Source: a virus. From it: a stretch of 64,000 nucleotides of DNA. Every line of letters starts with the position of its first letter. Within the stretch, counting starts at the first letter, position 1. The DNA lies in the IMG/VR virus record IMGVR_UViG_3300045988_045464, positions 1 through 64,000 of that record. One strand, 5' to 3'. Positions 29,502 through 39,782 of this stretch are shown piece after piece. The notes below the pieces were generated by a model. The model was not told the DNA's origin. It saw nothing but the letters and a program-made list of their open reading frames with translations, and made no database searches. A program made the translations under genes and the position numbers.

Positions 29502-29855
29502 TTAAAATGGTAAGTTTCCTTCATGTTTCATCCAACTATAAACTACAATTTCATAATCTGGGAAATCGTTGGCAAGTTTAATACAACTGTCAAACGATAA
29601 CTCTGTTATGCATATAAGAGGGTAATCATTGTCAAGCCATTCTCTAATTACATCCTTATCAGGAATATGCTCATCCAATGACCATTTAAGCTCACGTTCA
29701 AGTCTTTCACGTATCGTATTTAATTTAATATGGTCATGTGTTCCATATATAACATTTAATATGTAATACAATAAATGGCTATTGAACTTATCAACATCGC
29801 TAATAAGAATATGCCTCTTGGCATTCCTTAAAGAATTAACTGCATTCTGATTCAT
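29502..29855 (-). CDS. hypothetical protein
   Basis: 117-aa ORF. Confidence 0.45.
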   Translation of the reverse strand: MNQNAVNSLRNAKRHILISDVDKFNSHLLYYILNVIYGTHDHIKLNTIRERLERELKWSLDEHIPDKDVIREWLDNDYPLICITELSFDSCIKLANDFPDYEIVVYSWMKHEGNLPF

Positions 29856-29938
29856 ACACTTATTAATTAAAAGCCCAAGTGTGTTTCACAACATGGCTGG
29901 GCAAACTCAAAATACAAAACAAAACTTTAAAATGATTG

Positions 29939-30008
29939 GAGAGGATGGGAGATTCGAACTCCCTCCGCCAGTTCGCAACTAACCTTCTACCATTAAACTA
30001 ATCCTCTC
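29939..30008 (-). tRNA. tRNA-like, possibly tRNA-Arg (anticodon GCG) with a degenerate D arm
   Basis: Acceptor agaggat/atcctct; T arm gggag-TTCGAAT-ctccc; anticodon stem gttag/ctggc (two G·U pairs) with loop ttGCGaa; the D arm is poorly paired. Confidence 0.4.
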
Positions 30009-30017
30009 TTGGCATTA

Positions 30018-30641
30018 TTAACGCTTCACAGCTTCTTCAAAGTTCTTTACAATCTTCTCTGCCTTCTCACGGGAACAGTCAAGCATGTGCATAGTAAGAT
30101 GAATGTGTTGTTCACGCATCAAATCTTCTATGGCTCCTTCATTGCCTTCTTCTCTAGCCTTGAGAGCTTTTAATAGCTCTTCTGGCGTTTCAACACCTTC
30201 AACATCAGCACCGATAGCTTTGGATACGTCCTTCAGAAACTCAAACAAAGCTTTCTTGCCTTCTTCAACTTTAAATGTAGAGCCTTGTCTCTGGTCTCTC
30301 ATTTTCATAAGAATGTCAAAGATTTCACGGGCAGAAGCTTCATCATCCTCATTCAGAGTGACAGCATGACGTTCATGAGGTTGGACACGAATAGATTCGT
30401 CCTTAACTTCCATAACGAGTAAGTCTTCACCGTCGCCACGAACAATGATGATTTCACGGTCTTTCCTTTCATCATAACCACCACCAACAGTGAAATTCTT
30501 GTAAGGAACTTCTTTGCCTTCAGCGGCATCGAGCACATGCCCAAGAATAGTTTCAGCTTCTTCTACGATAGAATCATAGCATGGGTCTTTCTTTGGATTG
30601 AAATCAATACCAGCTTTCAGGCGTTCTTGTAATTTCTTCAT
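30018..30641 (-). CDS. hypothetical protein
   Basis: 207-aa ORF. Confidence 0.5.
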   Translation of the reverse strand: MKKLQERLKAGIDFNPKKDPCYDSIVEEAETILGHVLDAAEGKEVPYKNFTVGGGYDERKDREIIIVRGDGEDLLVMEVKDESIRVQPHERHAVTLNEDDEASAREIFDILMKMRDQRQGSTFKVEEGKKALFEFLKDVSKAIGADVEGVETPEELLKALKAREEGNEGAIEDLMREQHIHLTMHMLDCSREKAEKIVKNFEEAVKR

Positions 30642-30953
30642 TTCCTTCTAAATTTAAAGAGTTTGATTTATTAATTATTTGATTAGTCTGGTAAGAACCA
30701 GACTCCTATGGCCGCAACAATACCTATAGCTCCGGCTACATATGTAAAATCGCCAGCTGTAGGCAACATGATATTAATAATTACTAATGCTCCAATAGCA
30801 GAACTAATTATTATATTGTCTTTCTTATTCTTAGTGAGTTTCATAATTACTAATATTGGTTAAGAGTGACTCCACCGTGACGTGCCAAATCATAGTGAAG
30901 TTTCGTCGTAATTTTCAACGACTCATCAGACTCTCTTTTAGACGGAAAGGAGA

Positions 30954-31196
30954 TTATGACATATAATTATCAATAGAATCTCCAGTTGCTGCCCTAATCT
31001 GTTCCCATGGAATGTTCTCTTCTTCGCAAAGCTGTTTGGAGGACTGTATCCACTCCTTGGCGAAGTCTATAAAATCACCGCATTCTCTCTTAGCCATTAC
31101 CATAGCTTCTTTGCAGCTGTAAGCGATGATTCCGGGAAGAAGAGATTTGTCATTGTTAATTGCATGTTTAACTATAGGGCTGTTCTTTATATCCAT
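30954..31196 (-). CDS. hypothetical protein
   Basis: 80-aa ORF. Confidence 0.4.
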   Translation of the reverse strand: MDIKNSPIVKHAINNDKSLLPGIIAYSCKEAMVMAKRECGDFIDFAKEWIQSSKQLCEEENIPWEQIRAATGDSIDNYMS

Positions 31197-31206
31197 TGTT
31201 TAAAGG

Positions 31207-31440
31207 TTAGATTGTTGTTACACTGCTGATAATAGAATAATCAATAATGATTGAAAGCATGCCATTTAAATCAGATGTCTCATAAGGAACTTGATATTTG
31301 GCAATTTGTCTTTCGGCTTGTTGCATCATGGGCTGGTTAGTTCCAAACCCAAGAAGCAACTTACCTTCACGAGAAGTAATAGATTGATGATTGAGAGTAC
31401 ATGGTATTCTCTGTTTCCTAAATTGTATCTGCGATAACAT
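31207..31440 (-). CDS. hypothetical protein
   Basis: 77-aa ORF. Confidence 0.35.
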   Translation of the reverse strand: MLSQIQFRKQRIPCTLNHQSITSREGKLLLGFGTNQPMMQQAERQIAKYQVPYETSDLNGMLSIIIDYSIISSVTTI

Positions 31441-31442
31441 TG

Positions 31443-31787
31443 TTACTTAGTTAATAAGTTAGCAAATCCTTTCCAGAAGTAGCGAGGGAAGTGTCCAGTC
31501 AGTTGTACATAATTAACTCCTGCTGACACCTTATGTCTAGCTGTAACCTTATGTCCGTCAATGGACATCGTGATTAAGCTGCCAGAAACTGTCACATCAC
31601 TATCTGACATATCATACAAATCTCCTAAGTCCTTAATAGGAATCCACTTAGATGTAGTTTCATCTTTGTAGCTATTAAGACGAGATTGTAGTTTGGCATC
31701 AGAAGGCTGGCCAGTTCTCATATCAATAACCTCACCCTCACAATCTGCAAGGATGAAGTTCTGTGTATAGTTAAAGTATAGTTTCAT
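31443..31787 (-). CDS. hypothetical protein
   Basis: 114-aa ORF; stop/start overlap with neighbouring genes. Confidence 0.45.
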   Translation of the reverse strand: MKLYFNYTQNFILADCEGEVIDMRTGQPSDAKLQSRLNSYKDETTSKWIPIKDLGDLYDMSDSDVTVSGSLITMSIDGHKVTARHKVSAGVNYVQLTGHFPRYFWKGFANLLTK

Positions 31788-32323
31788 GTGTACTGAACTT
31801 TATATCTTTTAGTTCTTCTAGTTTGTAGATTAATAACATCTACCGAATCAGTACCTGCCTTTACGTAAACCTTACCAGATATCTCTTTGATAAAGTCATT
31901 CTCTGATTTACCTTCAAAAGTTCCGATAAGGCATAGTGTTACTCCATTGACAAGTACTTTGGTAAATTTATCAACCTGTATAGGAGCCAAAGGTATTCCT
32001 TCTTCTCTTACATGGTTAAATGCCTTAGTGTAGGCTCTATACCTCGCAAGACGATGTTCATAATTAGCACCTTTAGAGGGATAGCTAGCAAGTACTGAAG
32101 TATCCTTAATTACCACATACTCTTTACCAGGCAATCCACCTTCATACCATGATTTAGATATTACTTTGATACCGGATTTTACTAATAACCATTTGTCTAC
32201 AGCATCACATAAACGCTCTTTACCACATGTCTGTAACAATATGGGTATTAAGTTACGTTTAAGCTCTCTGTATTCCTCTGCTAATTTATTAGTCATAGAT
32301 AAGTTGGCAGTTAACCTACTCAC
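31784..32323 (-). CDS. hypothetical protein
   Basis: 179-aa ORF. Confidence 0.5.
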   Translation of the reverse strand: MSRLTANLSMTNKLAEEYRELKRNLIPILLQTCGKERLCDAVDKWLLVKSGIKVISKSWYEGGLPGKEYVVIKDTSVLASYPSKGANYEHRLARYRAYTKAFNHVREEGIPLAPIQVDKFTKVLVNGVTLCLIGTFEGKSENDFIKEISGKVYVKAGTDSVDVINLQTRRTKRYKVQYT

Positions 32324-32362
32324 TGCCAGGTTTTAAAATATGGAAATCTCACACTCCTTTGG

Positions 32363-33169
32363 TTACTTAAAGATTATTGCAGACGTGATATTAACGCGGA
32401 TGTTCTCTTTAGAAGAGATATATTTATTCCACAGGTCAGTCACAACCTTTTGTTTGTCCTGACCACGCACAGACAGCAAACGATTACGACCACTCGTATA
32501 CAACGGAAGTGTGCTTGTAGATACTTTGTTCCAGAAGTCGTCAAGAGTATCTAATTTATGCTTCTTATCAAGAACAAGATAAGCTGTTACACCACCAATC
32601 ATAGATGCATGGAGTAATCCTTTAGTGTACTTCTTGTACTTGAGTGCAAGTCCTGTAACCTCATCAAAGGTAGTTTCATACTTTCTGTACATGTTCAACA
32701 AATCTTGACGAGTCAGACCAGTCCCTCTAAGTCTGTGAAGAGCGCCAGCATCAGCCAAACCTTTCAAGCCCTTGGTCAAAGCGTAATATTTAGCCACAAT
32801 GGAAGCTTTCTGGGTAGGATTAGTAATGCCCATGATTCCAAACACATCACCTGCACTTCTTGTTTTACCAGTATCTATGGTAGTCCAAGTTTCGTGTTTA
32901 ACACCTTCTATGAGCACAGTTTGAAATGGAACACCTGCCTGTATGCACGCTGCTAGACGATGATAGCCGTTATCAGTAAGACCTTTATCATTTATAATGA
33001 TTGCCTCACCGTTCAAATGCCATTTACCTTCAGACATTTGAATAGCATACTTGTTGATATTGTCTCTAGAAATAGGCCGATTGTGCAAATACTTTGACAA
33101 TAGTACTTCTGCATCTTTCGGTGTGATTTCTACTACACTGAACTTGAGAGATGATTTTAATGTCTTCAT
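32363..33169 (-). CDS. ParB-like nuclease (sulfiredoxin-fold) domain protein
   Basis: N-terminal ...NRPISRDNINKYAIQMSEGKW...IIINDKGLTDNGYHRLAACIQAG matches the ParB N-terminal domain pattern (DG-HR). Confidence 0.5.
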   Translation of the reverse strand: MKTLKSSLKFSVVEITPKDAEVLLSKYLHNRPISRDNINKYAIQMSEGKWHLNGEAIIINDKGLTDNGYHRLAACIQAGVPFQTVLIEGVKHETWTTIDTGKTRSAGDVFGIMGITNPTQKASIVAKYYALTKGLKGLADAGALHRLRGTGLTRQDLLNMYRKYETTFDEVTGLALKYKKYTKGLLHASMIGGVTAYLVLDKKHKLDTLDDFWNKVSTSTLPLYTSGRNRLLSVRGQDKQKVVTDLWNKYISSKENIRVNITSAIIFK

Positions 33170-33508
33170 AATTAATCTAATGAGTTACCTATACACTCAC
33201 GAGGTTTTAGTGAAACGTTAATAAAGAACTAATTAGTTTCAGTCTATTGACTTACTTATAGCATCGCCACGTAAAGGCTTAGTCATGATGCCACTCCCGT
33301 CACGGGAGGATATGCTGTAATAAAACGAACAAAAATATTATTACAAGTAAAGGAATCCACCTTCCTGTGCCACACTCCTTTGCCTTATCTCACGATAAGA
33401 CATCTCTCCAGTATTAAAGGAAGATACTGTTTGGTATAAGAGATGCTCTGCATTAGTCTCCGGGCGTACCCATTATGGTGGTAGATTATATTATTCCTAC
33501 GAAAGTAA

Positions 33509-33808
33509 TCACGCAATAGTTTTACATTTACTCACCTTTAAGATGAGTTCTTGGTCTTCAGGGTCTTTCTCTAACTGACGTTCTAATCCTTTCATGTAAT
33601 TGGAACGTTCGTAGCCAGTAAGACTGAATCCTTGCCAGTTCTCCAGACACCATGCTACATAGAATGGATTGAAGTAACAGACATCTTTCACTTTCTGATT
33701 CTTATATTTGCCAATATTAAAGAATCTCCACGAGCTCATTCCTATAGCTGTGGTATATCTATTGTCAACTCTATGACAATCATCGTATTTACTCATAACT
33801 ATGTACAC
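33509..33808 (-). CDS. hypothetical protein
   Basis: 99-aa ORF. Confidence 0.4.
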   Translation of the reverse strand: MYIVMSKYDDCHRVDNRYTTAIGMSSWRFFNIGKYKNQKVKDVCYFNPFYVAWCLENWQGFSLTGYERSNYMKGLERQLEKDPEDQELILKVSKCKTIA

Positions 33809-34110
33809 TTTACCTATTCAGTGTGAGGTTTTAGTGATTGATACCTGAAACTTACGTACAGTCGGTTTCTCATGCCGAATGCTTCTCTCTTTAATCAACA
33901 GCTTGCTAACTCTGCGCACAGTGTTAGTAACCTATCTAACATACTTCTATACGTAAGAAACAGGTGTCTAAAATTATGAAATATGTAGACTCCTGCTTTA
34001 ACGCGTGAAACAGGAACGTCTTAATTTGGGCAATACATGCATTATGTCCATTTTGCACGTAAAGGATTCCAAGCATTTGCAACTACTTAGAAGAGCTAAA
34101 CCCTGTGATG

Positions 34111-34398
34111 TTATCGGTGTGAGGAATAGATGTCTATAATCTCTTTGTAAAAGTCTCTACGACCTACGAGATAGTCATCTCCCCAATACTCTACTACCTT
34201 CTTAAGACCTTCAATCACTTGATACATAGTAGCACCATTACTGAAGTATGTTAACAGCTCTAAATGTCCATGTATGTCCTCTTTACACAAATGCATCCAC
34301 TCATTGCCGATTGGATTGTAAATGCATAATATGCTGTTAGTCAAAGGTCTAGCCGGACGTAGTTTAATTCCGCTTGGATGAATGTATTCGAATACCAT
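34111..34398 (-). CDS. hypothetical protein
   Basis: 95-aa ORF. Confidence 0.4.
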   Translation of the reverse strand: MVFEYIHPSGIKLRPARPLTNSILCIYNPIGNEWMHLCKEDIHGHLELLTYFSNGATMYQVIEGLKKVVEYWGDDYLVGRRDFYKEIIDIYSSHR

Positions 34399-34437
34399 AA
34401 GTACGTATGTTTTGATGATTAGACTTTGTGCCAGTCT

Positions 34438-34725
34438 TTACAGCGCTGGCTTTCTGTTTATTTCTTTATACTTTATAGCTAATTTTTTATTCTCTTCTGA
34501 AGATAAAGATTTAATGCTATAAGTACTAGTGGCTCTACCTAAGAAATAATTATACTCTTCAATACGAATAGTAAATTCTGTTTCTGTGCAGGTCATATCT
34601 ATGAGCTTCCCATCCAAATGAGTCTTGGAATGCTCAACAACTTGATGTAAGTATGCAAGAGCTTCTTCAGAAGTGTGGAACTGCTTACCATTGTCAGTTC
34701 CACTTGAAACGAATGTGTATATCAT
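34438..34725 (-). CDS. hypothetical protein
   Basis: 95-aa ORF. Confidence 0.4.
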   Translation of the reverse strand: MIYTFVSSGTDNGKQFHTSEEALAYLHQVVEHSKTHLDGKLIDMTCTETEFTIRIEEYNYFLGRATSTYSIKSLSSEENKKLAIKYKEINRKPAL

Positions 34726-34749
34726 AATGTAAATGATTTTAATTGTTAT

Positions 34750-35004
34750 TTACTTCCAGATAAGTTTAGAGCCTTTGGAATATGCTGCATAAGATTCATC
34801 ATTAAGTACTACATATAATGAATCAAAGTCGTCTTTGCTTTCATTAAATGCATCCTCAATGTCCTTCTTATTGTCAGCTTCCTTGACTATTGTCTCTTCG
34901 TCTGGGTCAAAGTTCTCTCCTATTAAAGTGTACCAAGTACTTGGTAATTTCCCACAAATTGCATCAATTAGAGCATCTGTGAAATCGTCTTCGATGTAGT
35001 CCAT
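34750..35004 (-). CDS. hypothetical acidic protein
   Basis: 84-aa ORF. Confidence 0.4.
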   Translation of the reverse strand: MDYIEDDFTDALIDAICGKLPSTWYTLIGENFDPDEETIVKEADNKKDIEDAFNESKDDFDSLYVVLNDESYAAYSKGSKLIWK

Positions 35005-35096
35005 AAATATATATTATTATTGTCAACTCGAATAAAAGGTGAGTATGTATATCTATCACAGACCTACATACTCTTAATAATATTCATTTTACACAT

Positions 35097-35294
35097 TCAA
35101 ACGGTCTGAACTACGTACTTTAGTACTTTATATCTAGTCCCACTCCAAGTGGAGATTTGTTCAAGCAAATAATAGCCTACTGCTTCCTCAAACAGGGGAT
35201 TTGTCAGTTTATATCTTATACCATTATTTGCATGAATTGCATCGTTCCGATTACGTCCAAATACAGTTCTTAGTTTTGATTTCTTCGCTTTCAT
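35097..35294 (-). CDS. hypothetical protein
   Basis: 65-aa ORF. Confidence 0.35.
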   Translation of the reverse strand: MKAKKSKLRTVFGRNRNDAIHANNGIRYKLTNPLFEEAVGYYLLEQISTWSGTRYKVLKYVVQTV

Positions 35295-35401
35295 TTCACT
35301 ATTCGGCTAACTACATACTAACAAATATATCTGAATAAGCATGATAAAAAGAAAGACACAAATAGACTTTCTAAATGTGCCTTTCAATAAGAAGTACTTT
35401 G

Positions 35402-35884
35402 TTATTCCTTGCAATATGCAATAACATTGACGTTCATTTGCGAGCCGTCCCTTGCGACGCTTTCAAACGTTTCTATCGCCTTTGCGGTTACCTCTGTGCC
35501 CTGTAAATCTGCAAGACATTCGGCAATAGTTTTACTTTCAAACATATTGAAAATACATTTGTCTTTGTCCGCCTCTGGAAGAATGTCAACCGGTGTAATA
35601 CGTTTGCCGTTCTCCCTGTCATTGAAAGACCGGAACAAAGAGTTTATAGATACGTTTCTTGCCACTCCATTGACCTCAACGGCAACTTGAAAGAATGTAT
35701 TACCGTTTACAACTCCCTTTGTGATTGTTCCGTTAAATTCGTTAATTTCAGCGGGAAACTTCAATTTGTCGCCTACCTTGATAGAATCAGGATTCACACC
35801 TAAACGGTTTAAAGCCGCTGCAATTTCGTTCTTGCTTGCTTTCGGTAACTTCTTGTTAACTTCTTGTAATTCTGCTAAATTCAT
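35402..35884 (-). CDS. hypothetical protein (first gene of the leftward transcription unit)
   Basis: 160-aa ORF immediately left of the divergent control region. Confidence 0.5.
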   Translation of the reverse strand: MNLAELQEVNKKLPKASKNEIAAALNRLGVNPDSIKVGDKLKFPAEINEFNGTITKGVVNGNTFFQVAVEVNGVARNVSINSLFRSFNDRENGKRITPVDILPEADKDKCIFNMFESKTIAECLADLQGTEVTAKAIETFESVARDGSQMNVNVIAYCKE

Positions 35885-36195
35885 AGTTTAATAATTTATT
35901 AGTGAAACAATATAGAACGGGCTTATTTGCCCGTTCTGATTAGCTTTTAAATTAGATTTGCTTTAATTTCTTCACATTCTTCACGTGTGATTATACAACT
36001 CGTAGCATTAACTAAAACATAACCGTTTGAAAGATAAGTAAACATAACTCTAATAATTTTAAAATGAATATTATAAAGCAAAACCAAATGATATAAATTT
36101 TTTGATTTTCTCCAAACATGGGTGAGGGGTGTGAAGGGTAACACGACTGTCGTATCCGCAATATACACAAATCTTGCAATATTCACCTAGCATCC

Positions 36196-36409
36196 GAGTT
36201 GGCAATATATAATATGACAACCCACCCCGGGAGTGGGAGGGGTGTGATTTTGAGCACCCGTACTTGTGAGTTGGCAATATATATTAATTTCTATTCATCT
36301 TACTAATTGCAAGCAAGCCCCGCAGGGGCGCAGATTGCCACAGCGCGTCATGAAGTTCCGAGTTGGCAATATACTTAATATTAACTGTGAATTTGAGTTG
36401 GCAATATAT
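36196..36409. promoter_or_regulatory. four direct copies of GAGTTGGCAATATA (at 36196, 36268, 36360, 36395) in the divergent intergenic region
   Basis: Exact 14-15-nt motif repeated four times on the + strand, interspersed with short GC-rich islands in otherwise >75% AT DNA. It sits between leftward and rightward gene blocks. Confidence 0.55.
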
Positions 36410-36540
36410 AATATATATTAATAATTATATTACCATTTGGTAATATTGAAATATATAACTAATTTTGTATTGTCAAATTAAATAGTAATATATTTGCGAA
36501 CTTAAATCGCAGAATTTAATAACAATTAAAATTTATAACA

Positions 36541-36795
36541 ATGGCCAAAGAAGTTAAAGACTTAACAAGTAAAAAAGTAGATGAAGTAAAAATATTAAAG
36601 ACTAGTTTGTCAGAATGTCCAGTAAATACTGATTTAGGATGTAATGAATCAAAGGCAACTAACTGGGTGAAGTTAGACAATAAAACAACAGATGTAAAAT
36701 TAGAATTATTAAATAAATTGCAAGACGGACTAGCTAATGGAGCTGGTATTGAATATTTAATGCAACTATCTTGCATTTATAATAACATTCGCTAA
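36541..36795 (+). CDS. hypothetical protein (first rightward gene)
   Basis: 84-aa ORF. Confidence 0.5.
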   Translation: MAKEVKDLTSKKVDEVKILKTSLSECPVNTDLGCNESKATNWVKLDNKTTDVKLELLNKLQDGLANGAGIEYLMQLSCIYNNIR

Positions 36796-36797
36796 TA

Positions 36798-37172
36798 ATG
36801 AGACATATTGATAGAATTAATAAGCAGTATGAAGAGAAGGAAGTTAAATTGCTATACGATAAAGCTGTAGCATTAATGAATCTTCTTAGTGATGAGGAAT
36901 ATGAACAAGTAATTACAGACAATGCAGATATATTTAAATTAGCATCTCATCCCGAGAAGGGTGAGTTCTATTTGCAAGATAAGCACAACTTAGTCCAGAT
37001 TGTAGATATATTTAGTAAATTTATCAAAACTAAAGGTCTATCTAAGGACGAATTTAAAATAATGACTCTAGATGAAGTTAAAGAGTATATGGTTGATGTT
37101 ATTAATGATATCACATCATTCGAACCAGATGAGCTATTCACGATAGTAAAGAACTTAGAGAAACTTCAATGA
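36798..37172 (+). CDS. hypothetical protein
   Basis: 124-aa ORF, tightly packed. Confidence 0.5.
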   Translation: MRHIDRINKQYEEKEVKLLYDKAVALMNLLSDEEYEQVITDNADIFKLASHPEKGEFYLQDKHNLVQIVDIFSKFIKTKGLSKDEFKIMTLDEVKEYMVDVINDITSFEPDELFTIVKNLEKLQ

Positions 37173-37480
37173 AACTAGAACAGATACCAGGTGATTATGA
37201 TAATGTAGACCAGAGAGCTCTAGAATTATTAGAGACTAATGACTATGAATTAGCAGAGTATATGAGGGATTATATAAAGGAATTATATGCTAACATACAT
37301 ATGAGAGACTTCTATATTAGAAACCTTAAGGATGAAATACTTCATACACTCAAACATAGAGACTCTATAAGTGGTGAGGAGCTATTACAAATACTAAATA
37401 AGGTAGCTCCATGGGATATGGAATATGATGGCAGATGGCAAACTAGAGACTATTTAGCAAGAGCAAAGGCTAATCAATGA
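37169..37480 (+). CDS. hypothetical protein
   Basis: 103-aa ORF with start/stop overlap. Confidence 0.5.
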   Translation: MKLEQIPGDYDNVDQRALELLETNDYELAEYMRDYIKELYANIHMRDFYIRNLKDEILHTLKHRDSISGEELLQILNKVAPWDMEYDGRWQTRDYLARAKANQ

Positions 37481-37583
37481 TAACACAAGAAGTAGAATTA
37501 ATAGAGGAAGCATTATATAGGAATGCATACATATATCCAGGCTGGAAGTATTACCTACCTGGATTACTAAAGACAATATATTT

Positions 37584-37820
37584 ATGAGAGGTAAAGACAT
37601 AATAGTAACATTCAATGAGCCTTGGTATAATGACTATAACAAACGATTATACACTCAATTATCCGAACAAATGATTAGAGAAGAGATTGAGAGAGTGCAT
37701 AAAGAACCAATCATTACTAATACTGCATTTGATATGGCAGTAGACAAGGCTTTCTTAGAGTTACTGCATGACAACAAGGATTTAATTAATATTACAGAAC
37801 GATACAAGAACCATGAGTAA
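37584..37820 (+). CDS. hypothetical protein
   Basis: 78-aa ORF. Confidence 0.45.
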   Translation: MRGKDIIVTFNEPWYNDYNKRLYTQLSEQMIREEIERVHKEPIITNTAFDMAVDKAFLELLHDNKDLINITERYKNHE

Positions 37821-38460
37821 AATAGCAACAGAATTAGAAGCTAGGACTATAGGGGGGGGGACTCTCTCGGTAATTGATAACAAGTGCTGTACTAAAGCCA
37901 GGGCACTTGAATTAGGATGTCAGATTAAAAGTGGATTTAGTTATACCGATAATCAGTTAGTGGAGTTAGAAGGTATAAAGGCAGCTATAACTGCTCCAAA
38001 TGTAATCCTTCATTATGGTTGGGAGGATATGCCAATTAATAATATACAGCAATTTAGAGTACGTTTCTCATTTGTTAATCAGAGTTCAGTAGATGGAGAA
38101 CCATTTAAGTATTCTGATAATACTACTTACTTTACAATTACTCCAAGATTAGAGCAAGGAGAACAAACGTACACTAAGACTTTAGCAAACCCTCTTAAAT
38201 ATTACTTAGAGAAACTAGCACTTCCTAACCAAGACCCATATAATACACCTGTTTGGATACGTTTTGAGGGATACATGATGCTTAGGCAAGTGTCTAAAAT
38301 TACATTAGCAGTAGATTCTCAATCTGAGAATTGGGCAGAAGGAGTAACATTCCCTTCATCTGGAAGGTGGGTCAAAATGAATAATTCTGGTAGAGTATTT
38401 AGATTTACTGGTGGGGAAATAGACCTAAACATAGAACTGTATACAGCGTCAGCGCAATGA
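37813..38460 (+). CDS. hypothetical protein of the MSKI(A/V)TE...GGG paralogue family, with an in-frame G9 tract
   Basis: Starts MSKIATELEARTIGGGT; the codons for GGG are a 9-G homopolymer at 37852..37860. Confidence 0.55.
   Translation: MSKIATELEARTIGGGTLSVIDNKCCTKARALELGCQIKSGFSYTDNQLVELEGIKAAITAPNVILHYGWEDMPINNIQQFRVRFSFVNQSSVDGEPFKYSDNTTYFTITPRLEQGEQTYTKTLANPLKYYLEKLALPNQDPYNTPVWIRFEGYMMLRQVSKITLAVDSQSENWAEGVTFPSSGRWVKMNNSGRVFRFTGGEIDLNIELYTASAQ
37852..37860 (+). repeat. homopolymeric G9 tract (coding GGG, in frame)
   Basis: Nine consecutive G in >65% AT sequence. Confidence 0.9.
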
Positions 38461-38654
38461 TTAAAGTAACTGATAATAAAGAAATAAAAGAGACAGTCTT
38501 AGCAGGACTTAAAAGGAATAAAGAGAAATATGGTAAGAAGTACTGCCCATGTTCCTTAGTAAGAGATGAAGATACAGTATGTATGTGTAAAGAGTTTAGG
38601 GAAATGGAAGAAGGAACTTGCCATTGCCAACTTTATGTTAAAACTAAAGACTAA
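38457..38654 (+). CDS. Cys-rich small protein (CPCS...CMC...CHC)
   Basis: 65-aa ORF, likely zinc-binding. Confidence 0.45.
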   Translation: MIKVTDNKEIKETVLAGLKRNKEKYGKKYCPCSLVRDEDTVCMCKEFREMEEGTCHCQLYVKTKD

Positions 38655-38820
38655 TAATTATGGATGAATTAAAGAACCAATTAGCACAGTATTTATGTAG
38701 CCAAATTCATAATGGCACTAAGGATTTGATTGAATTAATTGAATCAGAAGACCTTATTAATGAACAGTGGTATAAGAACTGGAAGGAAGAGATGAGAATC
38801 TTACTACAGGAGAAGTAATT

Positions 38821-39060
38821 ATGATAATACTTAGTGGGAACTGTCCTAGGCATCATAATGCCATTATGTTGGAACTTACAGACTTTGATGATAGTAAAAT
38901 TTCCTATCTAGCTAGAATATCTAGAGGACATCATGTTGATACTCTGTTAGTTCCTAGGGAATATAAAGATACATTTGAATCTACAGAACTATATAAAGTA
39001 TTACTGCCTAATATTAGTATAGGCGGTGTGCAATTTGCTAAAATATACTATTATGATTGA
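38821..39060 (+). CDS. hypothetical protein
   Basis: 79-aa ORF. Confidence 0.4.
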   Translation: MIILSGNCPRHHNAIMLELTDFDDSKISYLARISRGHHVDTLLVPREYKDTFESTELYKVLLPNISIGGVQFAKIYYYD

Positions 39061-39283
39061 TGTTAGAAGGACATTAGAGAATTTACATCAGATACTTCCA
39101 AACTTATCAATAGAGGACTTATTTAGAGTTCTTGATAACATAGTAGAGATTCCACAATTTAACGTAGGACAGACAACTACTATACGTAGAGATGATAGTG
39201 GCTGGAGACCATATGACACAGGTACATTTATATCTTATGCTAGTAATGGAATAACACTTAGTGATGAAGGAACTTGTAAATAA
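39026..39283 (+). CDS. hypothetical protein
   Basis: 85-aa ORF. Confidence 0.4.
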   Translation: MCNLLKYTIMIDVRRTLENLHQILPNLSIEDLFRVLDNIVEIPQFNVGQTTTIRRDDSGWRPYDTGTFISYASNGITLSDEGTCK

Positions 39284-39470
39284 TTGGAATGAGAAGCATC
39301 CCGAATACGTATTGGTACACGGGATGTATTCTTATGTAGACAACGGTCAGTCTAAGGATATGCACATGCTTACTATCTTTAATAAGGATAATGAATGTAT
39401 ATGTGAATATAAAGGAGAAGATTTTATTAAGTTGTATAATACATTAGAAGAAGAATGGGAAGATGCTTAA
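39261..39470 (+). CDS. hypothetical protein
   Basis: 69-aa ORF. Confidence 0.4.
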   Translation: MMKELVNNWNEKHPEYVLVHGMYSYVDNGQSKDMHMLTIFNKDNECICEYKGEDFIKLYNTLEEEWEDA

Positions 39471-39494
39471 TGTTAATATAATAGTAAGTGAATT

Positions 39495-39776
39495 ATGGAG
39501 AATAAATTAAACGTACCAAAGCTGGAATATAAAACAGGAGAGCCTATGTGGGTTCATTGGGATAATAGATACGTATTGCGTGGAGGACATATACTAGGAA
39601 AATGCCCAGATGAGAATTTGATAACCACAGTGGGCTACTTGGCATATATGGACGACAAATCAATAATATTGGGAAGAGGTATTGAGAATCATTGTGATGA
39701 GGACGGTACTCGCAGAGTAAAAGATACAATACACATACCAATGAGCTTAGTAGCTAGTTTTGGAAGTTTTGATTGA
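39495..39776 (+). CDS. hypothetical protein
   Basis: 93-aa ORF. Confidence 0.45.
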   Translation: MENKLNVPKLEYKTGEPMWVHWDNRYVLRGGHILGKCPDENLITTVGYLAYMDDKSIILGRGIENHCDEDGTRRVKDTIHIPMSLVASFGSFD

Positions 39777-39782
39777 TGAACT

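Noticed and set aside
36196-36409. Reading GAGTTGGCAATATATAAT as a sigma-70 promoter (TTGGCA as -35, TATAAT as -10)
   Set aside because: The spacing between the two hexamers is about 3 bp, not 17, so it is not a canonical sigma-70 promoter. It is kept as an unclassified repeated regulatory motif.
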